The notes below the pieces were generated by a model. That model did not search any database and was not told the DNA's origin. It was given only the letters and a program-made list of their open reading frames with translations. Made by a program: the position numbers and the translations under genes. Positions 9,238 through 19,021 of a stretch of 64,000 bases of DNA are shown piece after piece; position 1 is the stretch's first letter; each line of letters begins with the position of its first letter. The stretch covers positions 2,613 through 66,612 of the forward strand of contig JBEKVQ010000006.1 in the NCBI GenBank assembly GCA_049997815.1, read 5' to 3'. The DNA comes from Minisyncoccia bacterium (GTDB lineage: Bacteria; Patescibacteriota; Minisyncoccia; UBA6257; GWB1-50-10).

Positions 9238-10907
9238 ACTCTGAGACCAGAAATTGCCAAAATTGCAAACAGCCGTTCAAGATAGAATCGGAAGATTTTG
9301 GGTTTTATGAAAAAATGGGCGTGTTGCCGCCGGTTTTGTGTCCGGATTGCCGGATGAAACGGAGATTGGTCTGGAGGAACGAGCGCACGCTTTACAAGCG
9401 TACTTGTGACTTATGTAAGAAATCGATCGTCTCAGTTCATCATCCTAATTACCCATCTCCGGTGTACTGCGTTAAGTGCCATCATTCAGACAATTGGGAC
9501 CCGTATTCTTTCGGGGTCGCCTATGATCCCAGCCGTCCATTTTTCGATCAGTTCAAAGAACTTTTACTACGGATTCCAAAAGCAGCCACCCATCACGGCA
9601 CTGCCGATGGTTCCCCCAACGTAAACAGCGAATACGTAAATTTCGCCGGCGGGAACAAGGATTGCTATCTCATTTTTAACTCAAGCGTGAGTGAAAATTG
9701 CAGCTATTCACGAGGACTCATTAATTGTCGTGATACCATGGATTCCTATTTTGCCGACCAGGTAGAACGCTGCTACGAAGGAGTGAACATCAATAAGAGT
9801 AATTCGGTGATTTATGGCCAAGATGTTTTTGATTCCATGGATTCCATGTTCCTCCTGAATTGCGTGGGTGTTCAGCATTGCTTTGGTTGTGTTAATTTGA
9901 GGCACAAGTCCTACCATTTTTTCAACGAGCCATTGTCCAAGGACGAATGGGAAAAACGAGTTGGAGAGATCCGAGGTAGTCACCAAAAGACGAAAGAAGC
10001 AAGAAGGCGCTTTGAAGTTTTTGCGCTTACCATGCCGCGCAAAGAGAATAACAATATGAAATCAGTGAACTGTTCGGGTGATTATATTTTTGAATCGAAG
10101 GGCTGTTCCTCGTGTTTTGAAATATTCGCTTCGGAAAACTGCAAATACGGATTTTCCGTGAAACTTGCAAATGATTGCTACGATTTAGTTGGTCGCGGGC
10201 ACAAATCGGAATTGCTCTTGGAAGGCGTTGGAGTTGGCCACGGTTGTTCTCGTGTTATCGGTTCATGGGTGGCTGAAGTATCGCACGATGTTGAATATTC
10301 TTATGATGTTCGTTCTTGCGAGTATTGCTTTGGGTGCGCGGCCTTAAGGCACGCCCGTTTTTGTATTTTTAACAGGCAGTATTCGGAAAAAGAATATAAA
10401 AAAATAAGAGAAGATATTGTCTCCCATATGAAACAGGGGGGTTCGTACGGGATGTACTTTCCGCCCGCACTTTCTCCCTGGGCATACAATGAAACACTGG
10501 CGCAGGAAAATTTTCCTCTCACCAAAGAAACGGCCGTAACCAGCGGGTTTCGTTGGGAAGAAGGCATACCACGGACGAAGGGGAAGGAAACGTTATTGCC
10601 GGAACAAATCCCAGACAACATAAAAGACGTTTCGGACTCGATTCTTAATGAAACTCTGAAGTGCATTTCCTGCGGCCACAATTATCGTTTAACTCCCGCC
10701 GAGTTTGCTTTATATCGCGAGCTTCTCGTGCCTGTGCCGCGGGAGTGTTTTGACTGTCGCTATCTAGACCGTATCCGCCGCAGAGGACCGATCAAGCTTT
10801 ATGTTCGGAAATGCGCTAAGTGCGGTAAATCGATTAATACCACCTTTGCTCCCGACCGGCCTGAAATCATCTACTGCGAGCAGTGTTATCAAGCGGAGGT
10901 GGTTTGA
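9234..10907 (+). CDS. Cys-rich zinc-ribbon/solenoid family protein, copy 4
   Basis: MNSETRNCQNC start in an ATGA overlap; compact C-terminal CISC...CFDC and CAKC-x17-CEQC. Confidence 0.92.
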   Translation: MNSETRNCQNCKQPFKIESEDFGFYEKMGVLPPVLCPDCRMKRRLVWRNERTLYKRTCDLCKKSIVSVHHPNYPSPVYCVKCHHSDNWDPYSFGVAYDPSRPFFDQFKELLLRIPKAATHHGTADGSPNVNSEYVNFAGGNKDCYLIFNSSVSENCSYSRGLINCRDTMDSYFADQVERCYEGVNINKSNSVIYGQDVFDSMDSMFLLNCVGVQHCFGCVNLRHKSYHFFNEPLSKDEWEKRVGEIRGSHQKTKEARRRFEVFALTMPRKENNNMKSVNCSGDYIFESKGCSSCFEIFASENCKYGFSVKLANDCYDLVGRGHKSELLLEGVGVGHGCSRVIGSWVAEVSHDVEYSYDVRSCEYCFGCAALRHARFCIFNRQYSEKEYKKIREDIVSHMKQGGSYGMYFPPALSPWAYNETLAQENFPLTKETAVTSGFRWEEGIPRTKGKETLLPEQIPDNIKDVSDSILNETLKCISCGHNYRLTPAEFALYRELLVPVPRECFDCRYLDRIRRRGPIKLYVRKCAKCGKSINTTFAPDRPEIIYCEQCYQAEVV

Positions 10908-10915
10908 TCTAGCCG

Positions 10916-10936
10916 CCAGTCCTAATATAGGACTGG
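10916..10936. other. Short hairpin between copy 4 and comEC
   Basis: ccagtcct-aatat-aggactgg forms a perfect 8-bp stem. Confidence 0.45.
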
Positions 10937-10977
10937 TAAGGATATTGTTTGGAATTTGGAAGAAGAACCGGCGGTTC

Positions 10978-12270
10978 ATGTGGATTACTGTACTGTCGCT
11001 ATTTGTTTTGGTCGGCTCTTTATATTCCTCGGCTTTCAGTGAGAATTTCGCGCAAAAATTCGTTCCTGAAGACAAAACCGTGAATTTTCAGGGACTGGTA
11101 CTGAACAACCCCGCGCCAATAGGGAACTACCAAAATCTTTACATTCGGACGAAACTCTCCGGAGCCGATGTTGAAATCCTAGTAAAAGCGCCGCGCTATC
11201 CGGAATTCCATTACGGCGACTGGGTGCTTATAAACGGCGCGGTAAAAAAGCTGGAACCGGAAAGCTACGCGCAATATCTCGCGAAAGAGGGGATAAGCGC
11301 CGTAGTGTCATATCCCAAGACGGAATTGGTTGCAGCGAATAAAGGCTCGCCGATAAAAGCATTTCTCTTCAATTTCAAGAATTCCGTCGTGGATAACTTT
11401 GGGAAAGTTCTGCCGTCCGAGGAATCCGCCTTTCTTTCCGGGTTGGTTTTGGGCGAGCGGAGCGATTTTTCGCCGGAATTCAAAACGGCGATGCAGACCT
11501 CCGGAACGACGCATCTCGTGGCGCTTTCGGGATATAACGTGACGATAGTCGTCACTTACGCGATGCTCTTGTTCGCTATGTTTTTCAGGAAGAAAGTATC
11601 GCTCACGCTCACGTTTCTGTTCCTGCTTGGATTCGTCCTGATGACCGGGGCGGAGGCCTCCGTCGTGCGGGCGGCGATAATGGGTGCACTCGTCGTCATT
11701 GCGAAGGAGAGCGGAAGGATCTTCAACGTGCGGAACGCCATAACGCTGGCCGGTCTCGCAATGGTGCTCGTGAATCCCAAGGTCCTGATCTTCGATGCCG
11801 GTTTTGAACTGTCGTTTCTGGCGCTACTGGGGATAATTTATTTGGAACCGGCGCTCCGAAAAATATTCAAAATGAAAGAGGAGGCCGGAATCCTGTCTTG
11901 GAGAAGAAACCTGCTTACCACCGCTTCGGCTCAACTGATGGTTGTGCCGATACTGATACAAAGTTTCGGGAACTTTTCACCCGTATCGCTTCTATCGAAC
12001 GTTCTGATATTGGAACTCATTCCTTTCACGATGGCTCTCGGCTTCAGTATTGCGCTCGTTTCGGGCATTTCCTACTATCTCACGCTCGTTGCGGGCTGGT
12101 TCGTTTGGCCGTTCCTGAAAATCGAGACCTGGCTCATTAGGTTCTTCGGCGGTTTCGGCATATCTCTGAATTTATCGTTGAGCTGGTTCCTGATACTGTT
12201 TTATTATGCTGCTCTTATCTTTTTCATCGTCTATGTAAATAGAAGAGCGAGAAAAATGTATGTTGCGTGA
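10978..12270 (+). CDS. comEC: ComEC/Rec2 competence channel (membrane and OB domains); start uncertain
   Basis: SGTTHLVALSGYNV, GAEASVVRAAIMG and DAGFELSFLA motifs; many TM segments. Confidence 0.88.
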   Translation: MWITVLSLFVLVGSLYSSAFSENFAQKFVPEDKTVNFQGLVLNNPAPIGNYQNLYIRTKLSGADVEILVKAPRYPEFHYGDWVLINGAVKKLEPESYAQYLAKEGISAVVSYPKTELVAANKGSPIKAFLFNFKNSVVDNFGKVLPSEESAFLSGLVLGERSDFSPEFKTAMQTSGTTHLVALSGYNVTIVVTYAMLLFAMFFRKKVSLTLTFLFLLGFVLMTGAEASVVRAAIMGALVVIAKESGRIFNVRNAITLAGLAMVLVNPKVLIFDAGFELSFLALLGIIYLEPALRKIFKMKEEAGILSWRRNLLTTASAQLMVVPILIQSFGNFSPVSLLSNVLILELIPFTMALGFSIALVSGISYYLTLVAGWFVWPFLKIETWLIRFFGGFGISLNLSLSWFLILFYYAALIFFIVYVNRRARKMYVA

Positions 12271-13141
12271 ATATATCCGAAATTTAATAGAGAACAATTT
12301 TAAAAAGGCGGTTTTTTGGCTCACGCTGTTTTTCGTTCTGGATATCATCGTATTCCGGCAGATTGCCGGTGGCGTGGCGGTAAAAGATAAGCTGGCGCTC
12401 TATTTTTTGCCGGTAGGGCAAGGGGATAGTGAACTTGCGGTTTTGCCCGGCGGAGTAAAAATACTTATCGACGGCGGTCCGCCGGATTCGCTTGTGTTGG
12501 CGAACCTGGATAAAGTTCTTTCGCCGCGCGACCGCTATATTGACCTCGTGATTTCAACTCATCCCCAGCAGGACCATTTTGGGGGATTGATAGAAGTTTT
12601 GAGACGTTATAAGGTCGGTACGTTCGTCTGGAACGGAGAGGTTGGCACTAACCCGGCGATGAATGATTTGCTTGCGCTCATTAAAGAAAATAACGTGCCT
12701 ATGGTTACGCTTGTGGCGGGAGACAAGATAATTTACGGAGAAAGCGAAACTGATGTCTTGTCACCTGTTTCGGGAGTGAAAGTTGATATAAACGAGGATG
12801 CGCTTGTCCTGGCACTTCAAAGCGGAGACACGAAAACGCTCTTCACGAGCGATGTCGGGGCAAAGACGGAGACGAGTATATTGAATTCTTATGCTGGACC
12901 CATAGATATCCTGAAGGTTGGCCATCACGGTTCTAAATTCTCTTCGTCGGCAAATTTCTTGAATATCCTAAGACCTAAGGTGGCGGTGATAGAGGTGGGG
13001 AAGAACAGTTACGGCCATCCGACGCCGGAGGTTCTAAATCGGCTCGCGGATATTGGTGCGCAAATTTTTCGCACCGACCAGGACGGACTCATAAAATTCG
13101 AGCCGGCGGGTGGAGCGCTCAAAATCTTCAAGGTTTTATAA
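12260..13141 (+). CDS. ComEC-associated metallo-beta-lactamase-fold hydrolase
   Basis: VGQGDS, ILIDGG, THPQQDHFGG, LKVGHHGS, NSYGHP, RTDQDG. Confidence 0.9.
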   Translation: MLREYIRNLIENNFKKAVFWLTLFFVLDIIVFRQIAGGVAVKDKLALYFLPVGQGDSELAVLPGGVKILIDGGPPDSLVLANLDKVLSPRDRYIDLVISTHPQQDHFGGLIEVLRRYKVGTFVWNGEVGTNPAMNDLLALIKENNVPMVTLVAGDKIIYGESETDVLSPVSGVKVDINEDALVLALQSGDTKTLFTSDVGAKTETSILNSYAGPIDILKVGHHGSKFSSSANFLNILRPKVAVIEVGKNSYGHPTPEVLNRLADIGAQIFRTDQDGLIKFEPAGGALKIFKVL

Positions 13142-13218
13142 TTGACACAGTCTGGTAAATAGATTAGTTTCTTCGTAGTAGCCAACCGAATTTTCCAATC
13201 AAATAAAGAGGTATCCTG

Positions 13219-13545
13219 ATGAAGATAGAACGTTTACACGGCACCACCAAGCAAACCGCCATTCAGAAGATTGATCAGTTTCTGGATGATTTAATGAAGC
13301 GCCGGTTCGAAGAAGTTGAAATCTCAAATCCTCGAAAGGAATGGAACGGAAACGTAATGGAATTTTCTTTCCATGTTTCGAAGGGCATGAAATATACCAA
13401 TATCCGGGGAAACGTTACGGTCACCGAAACGAGCGTCCGACTTGAAGCCAAGATGGGCATAATCGCACGCCAGTTTGTGTCGGAGGATCTTATCAGTAAG
13501 ACCATCAACGAACAATTCGAGAAATTGTTCTTTTTGAACGGCTGA
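13219..13545 (+). CDS. Small hypothetical protein (possibly the polyhydroxyalkanoate-system 'PHA_gran_rgn'-like family)
   Basis: 108 aa with its own TTGACA (~13142), GAGG SD and downstream terminator; W-x-G-x-x-x-x-F and 'GNVTVTE' pattern. Confidence 0.55.
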   Translation: MKIERLHGTTKQTAIQKIDQFLDDLMKRRFEEVEISNPRKEWNGNVMEFSFHVSKGMKYTNIRGNVTVTETSVRLEAKMGIIARQFVSEDLISKTINEQFEKLFFLNG

Positions 13546-13562
13546 TCCGAGCCGAGTCTAGG

Positions 13563-13603
13563 AAGGGTCGCATCTTTTAATTGAGATGCGGCCCTTTTGT
13601 TTG
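13563..13603 (+). terminator. Intrinsic terminator
   Basis: aagggtcgcatct...agatgcggccctt stem followed by ttgtttg. Confidence 0.75.
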
Positions 13604-13641
13604 TCTTAGCGGCATTTTTTGTGTAAGATAATCTTATTCAT

Positions 13642-15036
13642 ATGCGAACATTAGTGGCGGAAATCGCGGAAAAAGAAGGAAAAGAAGTGGAGCTCATGGG
13701 CTGGGTGGACGTCCGGCGCGACCACGGGAAGCTCATCTTCATTGACCTGCGGGACCGGAGCGGAATAGCCCAGGTCGTTTTCTTTCCGAAAGACAAAGAG
13801 ATGTATGCCATGGCGGAAAAATTGCGTTCCGAGTGGGTAGTTAAAATAAAAGGGAAGGTTGGCAAGCGTCCGGCGGGAATGGATAATCCGAAAATTCCGA
13901 GCGGAGAGCACGAAGTGCCGGCGGAGAGCTTAGAAGTTCTGGCCGAGGCCAAGACGCCGCCCTTCGATATCGGTACGGATGGCCGGGAGATAAGCGAAGA
14001 AGTACGGATGAAATATCGCTATCTGGACTTGCGCCGCTCGCGGCTTCAGAAGAATATCCGCAATCGCCACAAGCTCATCAAATTCATCCGGGATTATTTG
14101 GATAAGGAGGATTTCACCGAAATAGAAACGCCGATACTCACGAAATCCACGCCCGAGGGCGCGCGGGACTACATAGTTCCTTCCCGTTTGTATCCGGGCA
14201 AGTTTTACGCCTTACCTCAGGCGCCCCAGCAGTACAAGCAGCTTTTGATGGTGGCCGGAATGGAAAGATATTTCCAGATAGCGCGGTGCTTTCGCGACGA
14301 AGATACGCGCGGAGACCGCCAGCCAGAGTTCACCCAACTGGACTTGGAGATGAGCTTCGTCGATAGGGAGGACGTGATGAATTTGAATGAAGAACTGCTT
14401 ATCGCGCTGGTCAAAAAGCTCTATCCGGAAAAGAAAATCCATAAAGTTCCCTTTCCTCGGATGAGTTATGCCGAAGCAATGGAGGAATATGGTACCGACC
14501 GGCCGGATTTGCGGAGCAATAAGAGTGACCTCAACGAACTGGCTTTTTGTTGGATAATCGATTTCCCGTTCTTTGAGAAGGCCGATGGCGGCGGCTGGAC
14601 CTTTACCCACAATCCTTTTTCCGCCCCGAAGCCGGAATTCATGAAGGACCTGATGGCGAAGAAGAATATCCCAGGAATACTCACGAGCCAGTATGACGTT
14701 GTCGTAAACGGCTGGGAAATCGGCGGGGGAAGCATCCGGAACCACACGTCCGAGGCACTCGAGAAGGTTTTTGAGATAATGGGTTTCAAACCGGAGAAGA
14801 TTAAAAATAATTTCGGGCATATGCTCGAAGCTTTCGAGTTCGGCGCGCCGCCGCACGGCGGCATCGCTTGGGGATTGGACCGGCTCGCAATGATACTGGA
14901 GAACGAACCGAATATCCGAGAGGTTATCACCTTCCCGAAGACCGGTGACGGAAGGGACCTAATGATGGACGGCCCGTCGGAGGTTTCCAAGGAACAACTG
15001 AAAGAACTTCACATTAAGGTGGAGAAAGAGAAATGA
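13642..15036 (+). CDS. aspS: Aspartate--tRNA ligase (short form lacking the GAD insertion)
   Basis: RDHGKLIFIDLRD, KSTPEGARDY, FRDED..DRQPEFTQLD, GAPPHGGIAWGLDR; 464 aa. Confidence 0.96.
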   Translation: MRTLVAEIAEKEGKEVELMGWVDVRRDHGKLIFIDLRDRSGIAQVVFFPKDKEMYAMAEKLRSEWVVKIKGKVGKRPAGMDNPKIPSGEHEVPAESLEVLAEAKTPPFDIGTDGREISEEVRMKYRYLDLRRSRLQKNIRNRHKLIKFIRDYLDKEDFTEIETPILTKSTPEGARDYIVPSRLYPGKFYALPQAPQQYKQLLMVAGMERYFQIARCFRDEDTRGDRQPEFTQLDLEMSFVDREDVMNLNEELLIALVKKLYPEKKIHKVPFPRMSYAEAMEEYGTDRPDLRSNKSDLNELAFCWIIDFPFFEKADGGGWTFTHNPFSAPKPEFMKDLMAKKNIPGILTSQYDVVVNGWEIGGGSIRNHTSEALEKVFEIMGFKPEKIKNNFGHMLEAFEFGAPPHGGIAWGLDRLAMILENEPNIREVITFPKTGDGRDLMMDGPSEVSKEQLKELHIKVEKEK

Positions 15037-15482
15037 AAGAGTGGCCATCGGTACAAGGTGATAATCCGGAAGGGGAACGTGAAAAGCGTGAGTTGACGGA
15101 AGAGGAAAGAGAAAGTTTGCATTTTGCGCCTCAGGTTGAAGAAGGACCCAATGACCCAGACTCATCGCTAGAAAAAATCGACATATTTCTTGGAGAGGAA
15201 AAAATAGGAGGAGGCTCATTCATTCCCGATAGAAAAGAAGGAGGCGTCACTCAATTTCAGGGGTTGGAGATATTGCCGGAGTATCGAGGGATGGGCATTG
15301 GGAAGGAAGTGTACCGCAAATTGAACGAGGATGCGAAGAAACGCGGGCAGGTTCTGACCTCAGATATAATAGTTTCTGATGATGCCAAAAGGGTTTGGGA
15401 ATCGCTCGTAAGGAGCGGTGAGGCGGAGAAGTTGGGTGAGGGTATTTATCGTTTTAAGAGAGAAGAAAAAAAGGAAGAATAA
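15033..15482 (+). CDS. GNAT-family acetyltransferase
   Basis: Motif A ILPEYRGMGIGK. Confidence 0.7.
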   Translation: MKEWPSVQGDNPEGEREKRELTEEERESLHFAPQVEEGPNDPDSSLEKIDIFLGEEKIGGGSFIPDRKEGGVTQFQGLEILPEYRGMGIGKEVYRKLNEDAKKRGQVLTSDIIVSDDAKRVWESLVRSGEAEKLGEGIYRFKREEKKEE

Positions 15483-15485
15483 AAA

Positions 15486-16559
15486 ATGAAAGATTATCAA
15501 TTTCCGCTGTTTAAAACAAAAATAGACAGCGTTGGGCAGAAATTCTCTCTGGACGACCCGATAGAGAGGAAAAAATATTTCACGCTGAAAGTCGGTCCCG
15601 AAATAGAAAAAATAAAGGAGTATCTGAGAGAAAATACGTTTGTCGGAATCCTTTTGGGAAAGAAAAATTCCGGTAAGGGAACCTATGCCAAGCTTTTCGC
15701 GGAAGCGATAGGCCCGGAACATATTCGCCATATATCGGTAGGCGACATTGTGAGAGCGGCCCATGAGGATTTAGGGGATAGCGGAAAGAAGGAAGAATTG
15801 AGGGAATATCTGAAAAACAAATACCGGGGTTCAACGTCACTTGATGAGGCGATAGATTCGCTCTTAGGCAGGTCCACTTCTTCTTTATTGCCGACCGAAC
15901 TTATTCTCGCGCTGGTTGAAAAGGAAATATCGAAGAGCGAGCATAAGGCCATTTTCATAGACGGTTTTCCCAGAAGTTTGGACCAGATATCCTATTCACT
16001 TTATTTTCGGGAACTGATGGGATACCGCAACGACCCGGACTTTTTCGTTTTTATAGACCTGCCGGAGCCGATCATCGACGAAAGAATGAAATATCGGGTA
16101 ATTTGTCCGGTTTGCAAGACCCCCCGGAATCCGAAACTTCTACGCACCAAAGAGATAGAGTACGAACCCAAGGAGAATAAGTTCTATTTGATATGCGATA
16201 ATCCCGCTTGTGGCCATCAGAGAATGGTGCCTAAAGAAGGTGATGAGTTGGGGATTGAAGCCGTCCGGGACAGGATTGAGGTCGACGAGGCCGTCATGAA
16301 GGCATTATTGAACATGCAGGGAGTGCCGAAAGTATATTTGAGGAATGCAATTCCGGTTTCAGTTGCGAAAGAGTACGTTGATGACTACGAAATTACCCCC
16401 GGCTACAGATATGAATGGGACGCTAAGGCCGGGAAGGTCAATGTTTTCGAAGAGCCGTGGACGATCAAGGATGACGACGGAAATCCATCGTACAGCCTTA
16501 TGCCGACGCCGATAGTCGTTTCGTTCATTTCGCAGGTCGCGAAGATACTGAACCTTTAG
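15486..16559 (+). CDS. Adenylate-kinase-like nucleoside monophosphate kinase (extended)
   Basis: P-loop GKKNSGKGT, HISVGDIVR, IDGFPR and a Cys-containing LID (CPVC...CDNPAC). Confidence 0.8.
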   Translation: MKDYQFPLFKTKIDSVGQKFSLDDPIERKKYFTLKVGPEIEKIKEYLRENTFVGILLGKKNSGKGTYAKLFAEAIGPEHIRHISVGDIVRAAHEDLGDSGKKEELREYLKNKYRGSTSLDEAIDSLLGRSTSSLLPTELILALVEKEISKSEHKAIFIDGFPRSLDQISYSLYFRELMGYRNDPDFFVFIDLPEPIIDERMKYRVICPVCKTPRNPKLLRTKEIEYEPKENKFYLICDNPACGHQRMVPKEGDELGIEAVRDRIEVDEAVMKALLNMQGVPKVYLRNAIPVSVAKEYVDDYEITPGYRYEWDAKAGKVNVFEEPWTIKDDDGNPSYSLMPTPIVVSFISQVAKILNL

Positions 16560-16562
16560 TTT

Positions 16563-17039
16563 ATGGAAAACAAAAAAGACCCGCGGCTTCACATGGTTGC
16601 CATTACCGGCATCATTGAAAAGGATGGCAAGTATTTGATTTTGAAGAGAGCGGAAACGGAAGTGGCTTACCCGGGATATTGGACAGTCCCTGGCGGGAAA
16701 TTGGTGCGCCATGAATACGAAACGCTTCCAAAAACCCCGAATACCGATGATTGGTACAATATCGTCGCCTTTACTCTGAAAAAAGAGATAAAAGAAGAAG
16801 CGGGCCTGGAAGTAGAAAATGTACAGTATTTGACGGACATGACCTTCATCCGGCCGGACGATATACCGGCTTTGGTTTTATCCTACTGGTGTAAATATAA
16901 GAGCGGGGAAGTGATGTTGGGTAAGGATTTGGTAGATTCGGCCTGGATAAAGCCAGAAGAAGGCAAAAATTACAAGATGATTCCCGGAATTTTGGAAGAG
17001 ATTGAAACGGTGGATCGCTTAGTCAAGGGGAAATCATAG
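16563..17039 (+). CDS. NUDIX hydrolase
   Basis: WTVPGGK...LKKEIKEEAGL Nudix box. Confidence 0.85.
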   Translation: MENKKDPRLHMVAITGIIEKDGKYLILKRAETEVAYPGYWTVPGGKLVRHEYETLPKTPNTDDWYNIVAFTLKKEIKEEAGLEVENVQYLTDMTFIRPDDIPALVLSYWCKYKSGEVMLGKDLVDSAWIKPEEGKNYKMIPGILEEIETVDRLVKGKS

Positions 17040-17133
17040 GGTCTCGGCAATTCTTCACTTTTCTCTCTTTCTGTCAATTTTTTATGCACAGAGCCCGATT
17101 TGTGCCCGCCGGGGCGGGCGTATAATTAATGGT

Positions 17134-17280
17134 GATCCTGCTCGTTAGATTCCGGATCAAATAATCCTTACCAGGGGTGTCAAAATGTTCCGATTCGACA
17201 GAGAATTAATTTTTTCTTAAGTCTCGGAACTAGACAATACCCACTTTGGCCAATGCCGGGATTAATCTAGGAGCGGGATT
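17134..17280 (+). ncRNA. Candidate 6S RNA (long hairpin with central bubble)
   Basis: TATAAT at 17121-17126. Nested pairings gatcctgctc/gagcgggatt, tagatt/aatcta, ccgg/ccgg, an unpaired bubble, then ggtgtc/gacaatacc and gttccga/tcggaac. Confidence 0.55.
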
Positions 17281-17311
17281 TGCGTTTTTATAAGGCCTTG
17301 TTATCATTCAA

Positions 17312-17731
17312 ATGATGAAATTTTCCTTAGTGCTCTTGATTCTCGCGAGCTTTCTGGCCATCAGTGTTTTTGGTTTCGTGGGCTTGAGCGAGATGCACAA
17401 GCAGATGGGGGATAATTGTGCGGGAAGCACTTCGCAGGGCGTTACTTGCCCGGTTAAGGACGGTGTTTTCGCTTTTGCTCTCTTTCATTTAAGAACACTT
17501 CAGGGACTCAGCCAATCCAGTTTCTCCAACATACCGCCGATATTTTTGCTTGCGGTTCTAATGCTCGCATTCGCCATTGCCCTTGCCGTTTTCGCGGACT
17601 CATCGGGAATTTTTTCGAGCCAAAGCTATTTCAAGAAGAATTATGAAGATAGGGTTCGCGATGTCGGGTCCAAAAAACTCTTTTGGCTCGCGCGTTTAGA
17701 GAATTCTCCCGCTGTCGTAAAAGGCGCCTAA
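17312..17731 (+). CDS. Hypothetical membrane protein
   Basis: N-terminal hydrophobic segment, two Cys and a second TM; 139 aa. Confidence 0.6.
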   Translation: MMKFSLVLLILASFLAISVFGFVGLSEMHKQMGDNCAGSTSQGVTCPVKDGVFAFALFHLRTLQGLSQSSFSNIPPIFLLAVLMLAFAIALAVFADSSGIFSSQSYFKKNYEDRVRDVGSKKLFWLARLENSPAVVKGA

Positions 17732-17820
17732 CCGCCGGTTGCCGTCGAGCAATTTCGGTTCCGCGCCTCAATCCCTTTCATGGGATTTTTGTTATTTTGA
17801 CCAGTAGAAAATAAAAATTA

Positions 17821-18480
17821 ATGTTACCAATAGTTTTAGTCGCGGCGGCGATAGACAGCTTGAATCCCTGCGCTTTTTCGGTGCTGTTTCTCACCATTGC
17901 ATTCCTTTTCAGTCTGGGAAGAACGCGCTTGAACGTTCTCGTCGTTGGTGGGACTTTCATCTTCGGCATATTCCTGACGTATGTCCTGATCGGGCTCGGC
18001 ATTCTTCAGGCACTTACCGCCTTCGGAGTATCGGGCATCATCGCAAAAATCGGAGCTGTGCTTCTAATTATCTGGGGAGCACTAATTCTCGTGAACGAGT
18101 TTTTTCCGGCCTTCCCGATAAAGCTTAAGATGCCGGAATCGAGCCACAAGAAGATAGCGAAGTTGATGGAGAAAGCATCTTTGCCGGCGGCCTTCGTTCT
18201 GGGAATAATCGTCGGTCTCTATGAGTTCCCGTGCACCGGCGGTCCGTATCTTCTGGTCTTAAGCCTGCTCCATACTCGGGGTTATTTCTGGAGCGGCCTG
18301 GGATACCTCCTGCTCTACAACGTCGTATTCGTCTTGCCGCTCGTTATATTTCTGACCTTGGCCAGCAACCGGCAGATTTTGGACAAAATTCAGGAATGGC
18401 GCAAGAATAATATGAAAGGATTCAGAATTTGGGGAAGCTTGATTCTTATCCTCATGGGCTTTCTAATCTTTCTGACCTAA
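17821..18480 (+). CDS. CcdA/DsbD-like thiol-disulfide transmembrane transporter
   Basis: DSLNPCAF and EFPCTGGPY conserved Cys motifs; ~6 TM segments. Confidence 0.85.
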   Translation: MLPIVLVAAAIDSLNPCAFSVLFLTIAFLFSLGRTRLNVLVVGGTFIFGIFLTYVLIGLGILQALTAFGVSGIIAKIGAVLLIIWGALILVNEFFPAFPIKLKMPESSHKKIAKLMEKASLPAAFVLGIIVGLYEFPCTGGPYLLVLSLLHTRGYFWSGLGYLLLYNVVFVLPLVIFLTLASNRQILDKIQEWRKNNMKGFRIWGSLILILMGFLIFLT

Positions 18481-18484
18481 AAAC

Positions 18485-19012
18485 ATGGAAAACATAAATT
18501 TTGGGGAGTTAATGAAAAAGGTGGCCGAACTCAAAAAAGGGGGCAAGTTCGACCTGTCGCTCGATGAGGATCTGAGTATCGCGGTCATGAATCTGGTCAG
18601 TCTGGAAGAGCATTTCTTCTTCACGGCCGAAAAGACTAAGAAGGATGAATATCTGGATTGGCTCCGCGATACGCGGGAGATGAGGAAACAATTGCTTGAG
18701 AAACTAATAGACAAACACGAGGGGGAAACCTGGTGCGTTTCTAAACACCTGCTTGCGGCCTCGATGCGGTTAATGGAAGTGGGGACGAAGCTTGAAGGCG
18801 CCGGAAAGCGGGGGGAAGCCAAGAAAATGTTTGACGGTGCCTACAAACTGTATGCGTTGTTTTGGAGTTTGCGGCTGAAACTCTTGAATACGAAAGGATT
18901 GAAGAAAATAGGAGATGATAAATTGAACATTCATGACGAAAAAGGAAACGGCGGGAAACCGTGGAAGTTCGAGGATATCGTGAGCAAATTAGTCGATTGT
19001 TGCAAAGAGTAA
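18485..19012 (+). CDS. Hypothetical helical protein with C-terminal CC motif
   Basis: 175 aa, coupled in the operon; WCVSKH and VDCCKE. Confidence 0.65.
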   Translation: MENINFGELMKKVAELKKGGKFDLSLDEDLSIAVMNLVSLEEHFFFTAEKTKKDEYLDWLRDTREMRKQLLEKLIDKHEGETWCVSKHLLAASMRLMEVGTKLEGAGKRGEAKKMFDGAYKLYALFWSLRLKLLNTKGLKKIGDDKLNIHDEKGNGGKPWKFEDIVSKLVDCCKE

Positions 19013-19021
19013 AATAAAAAT

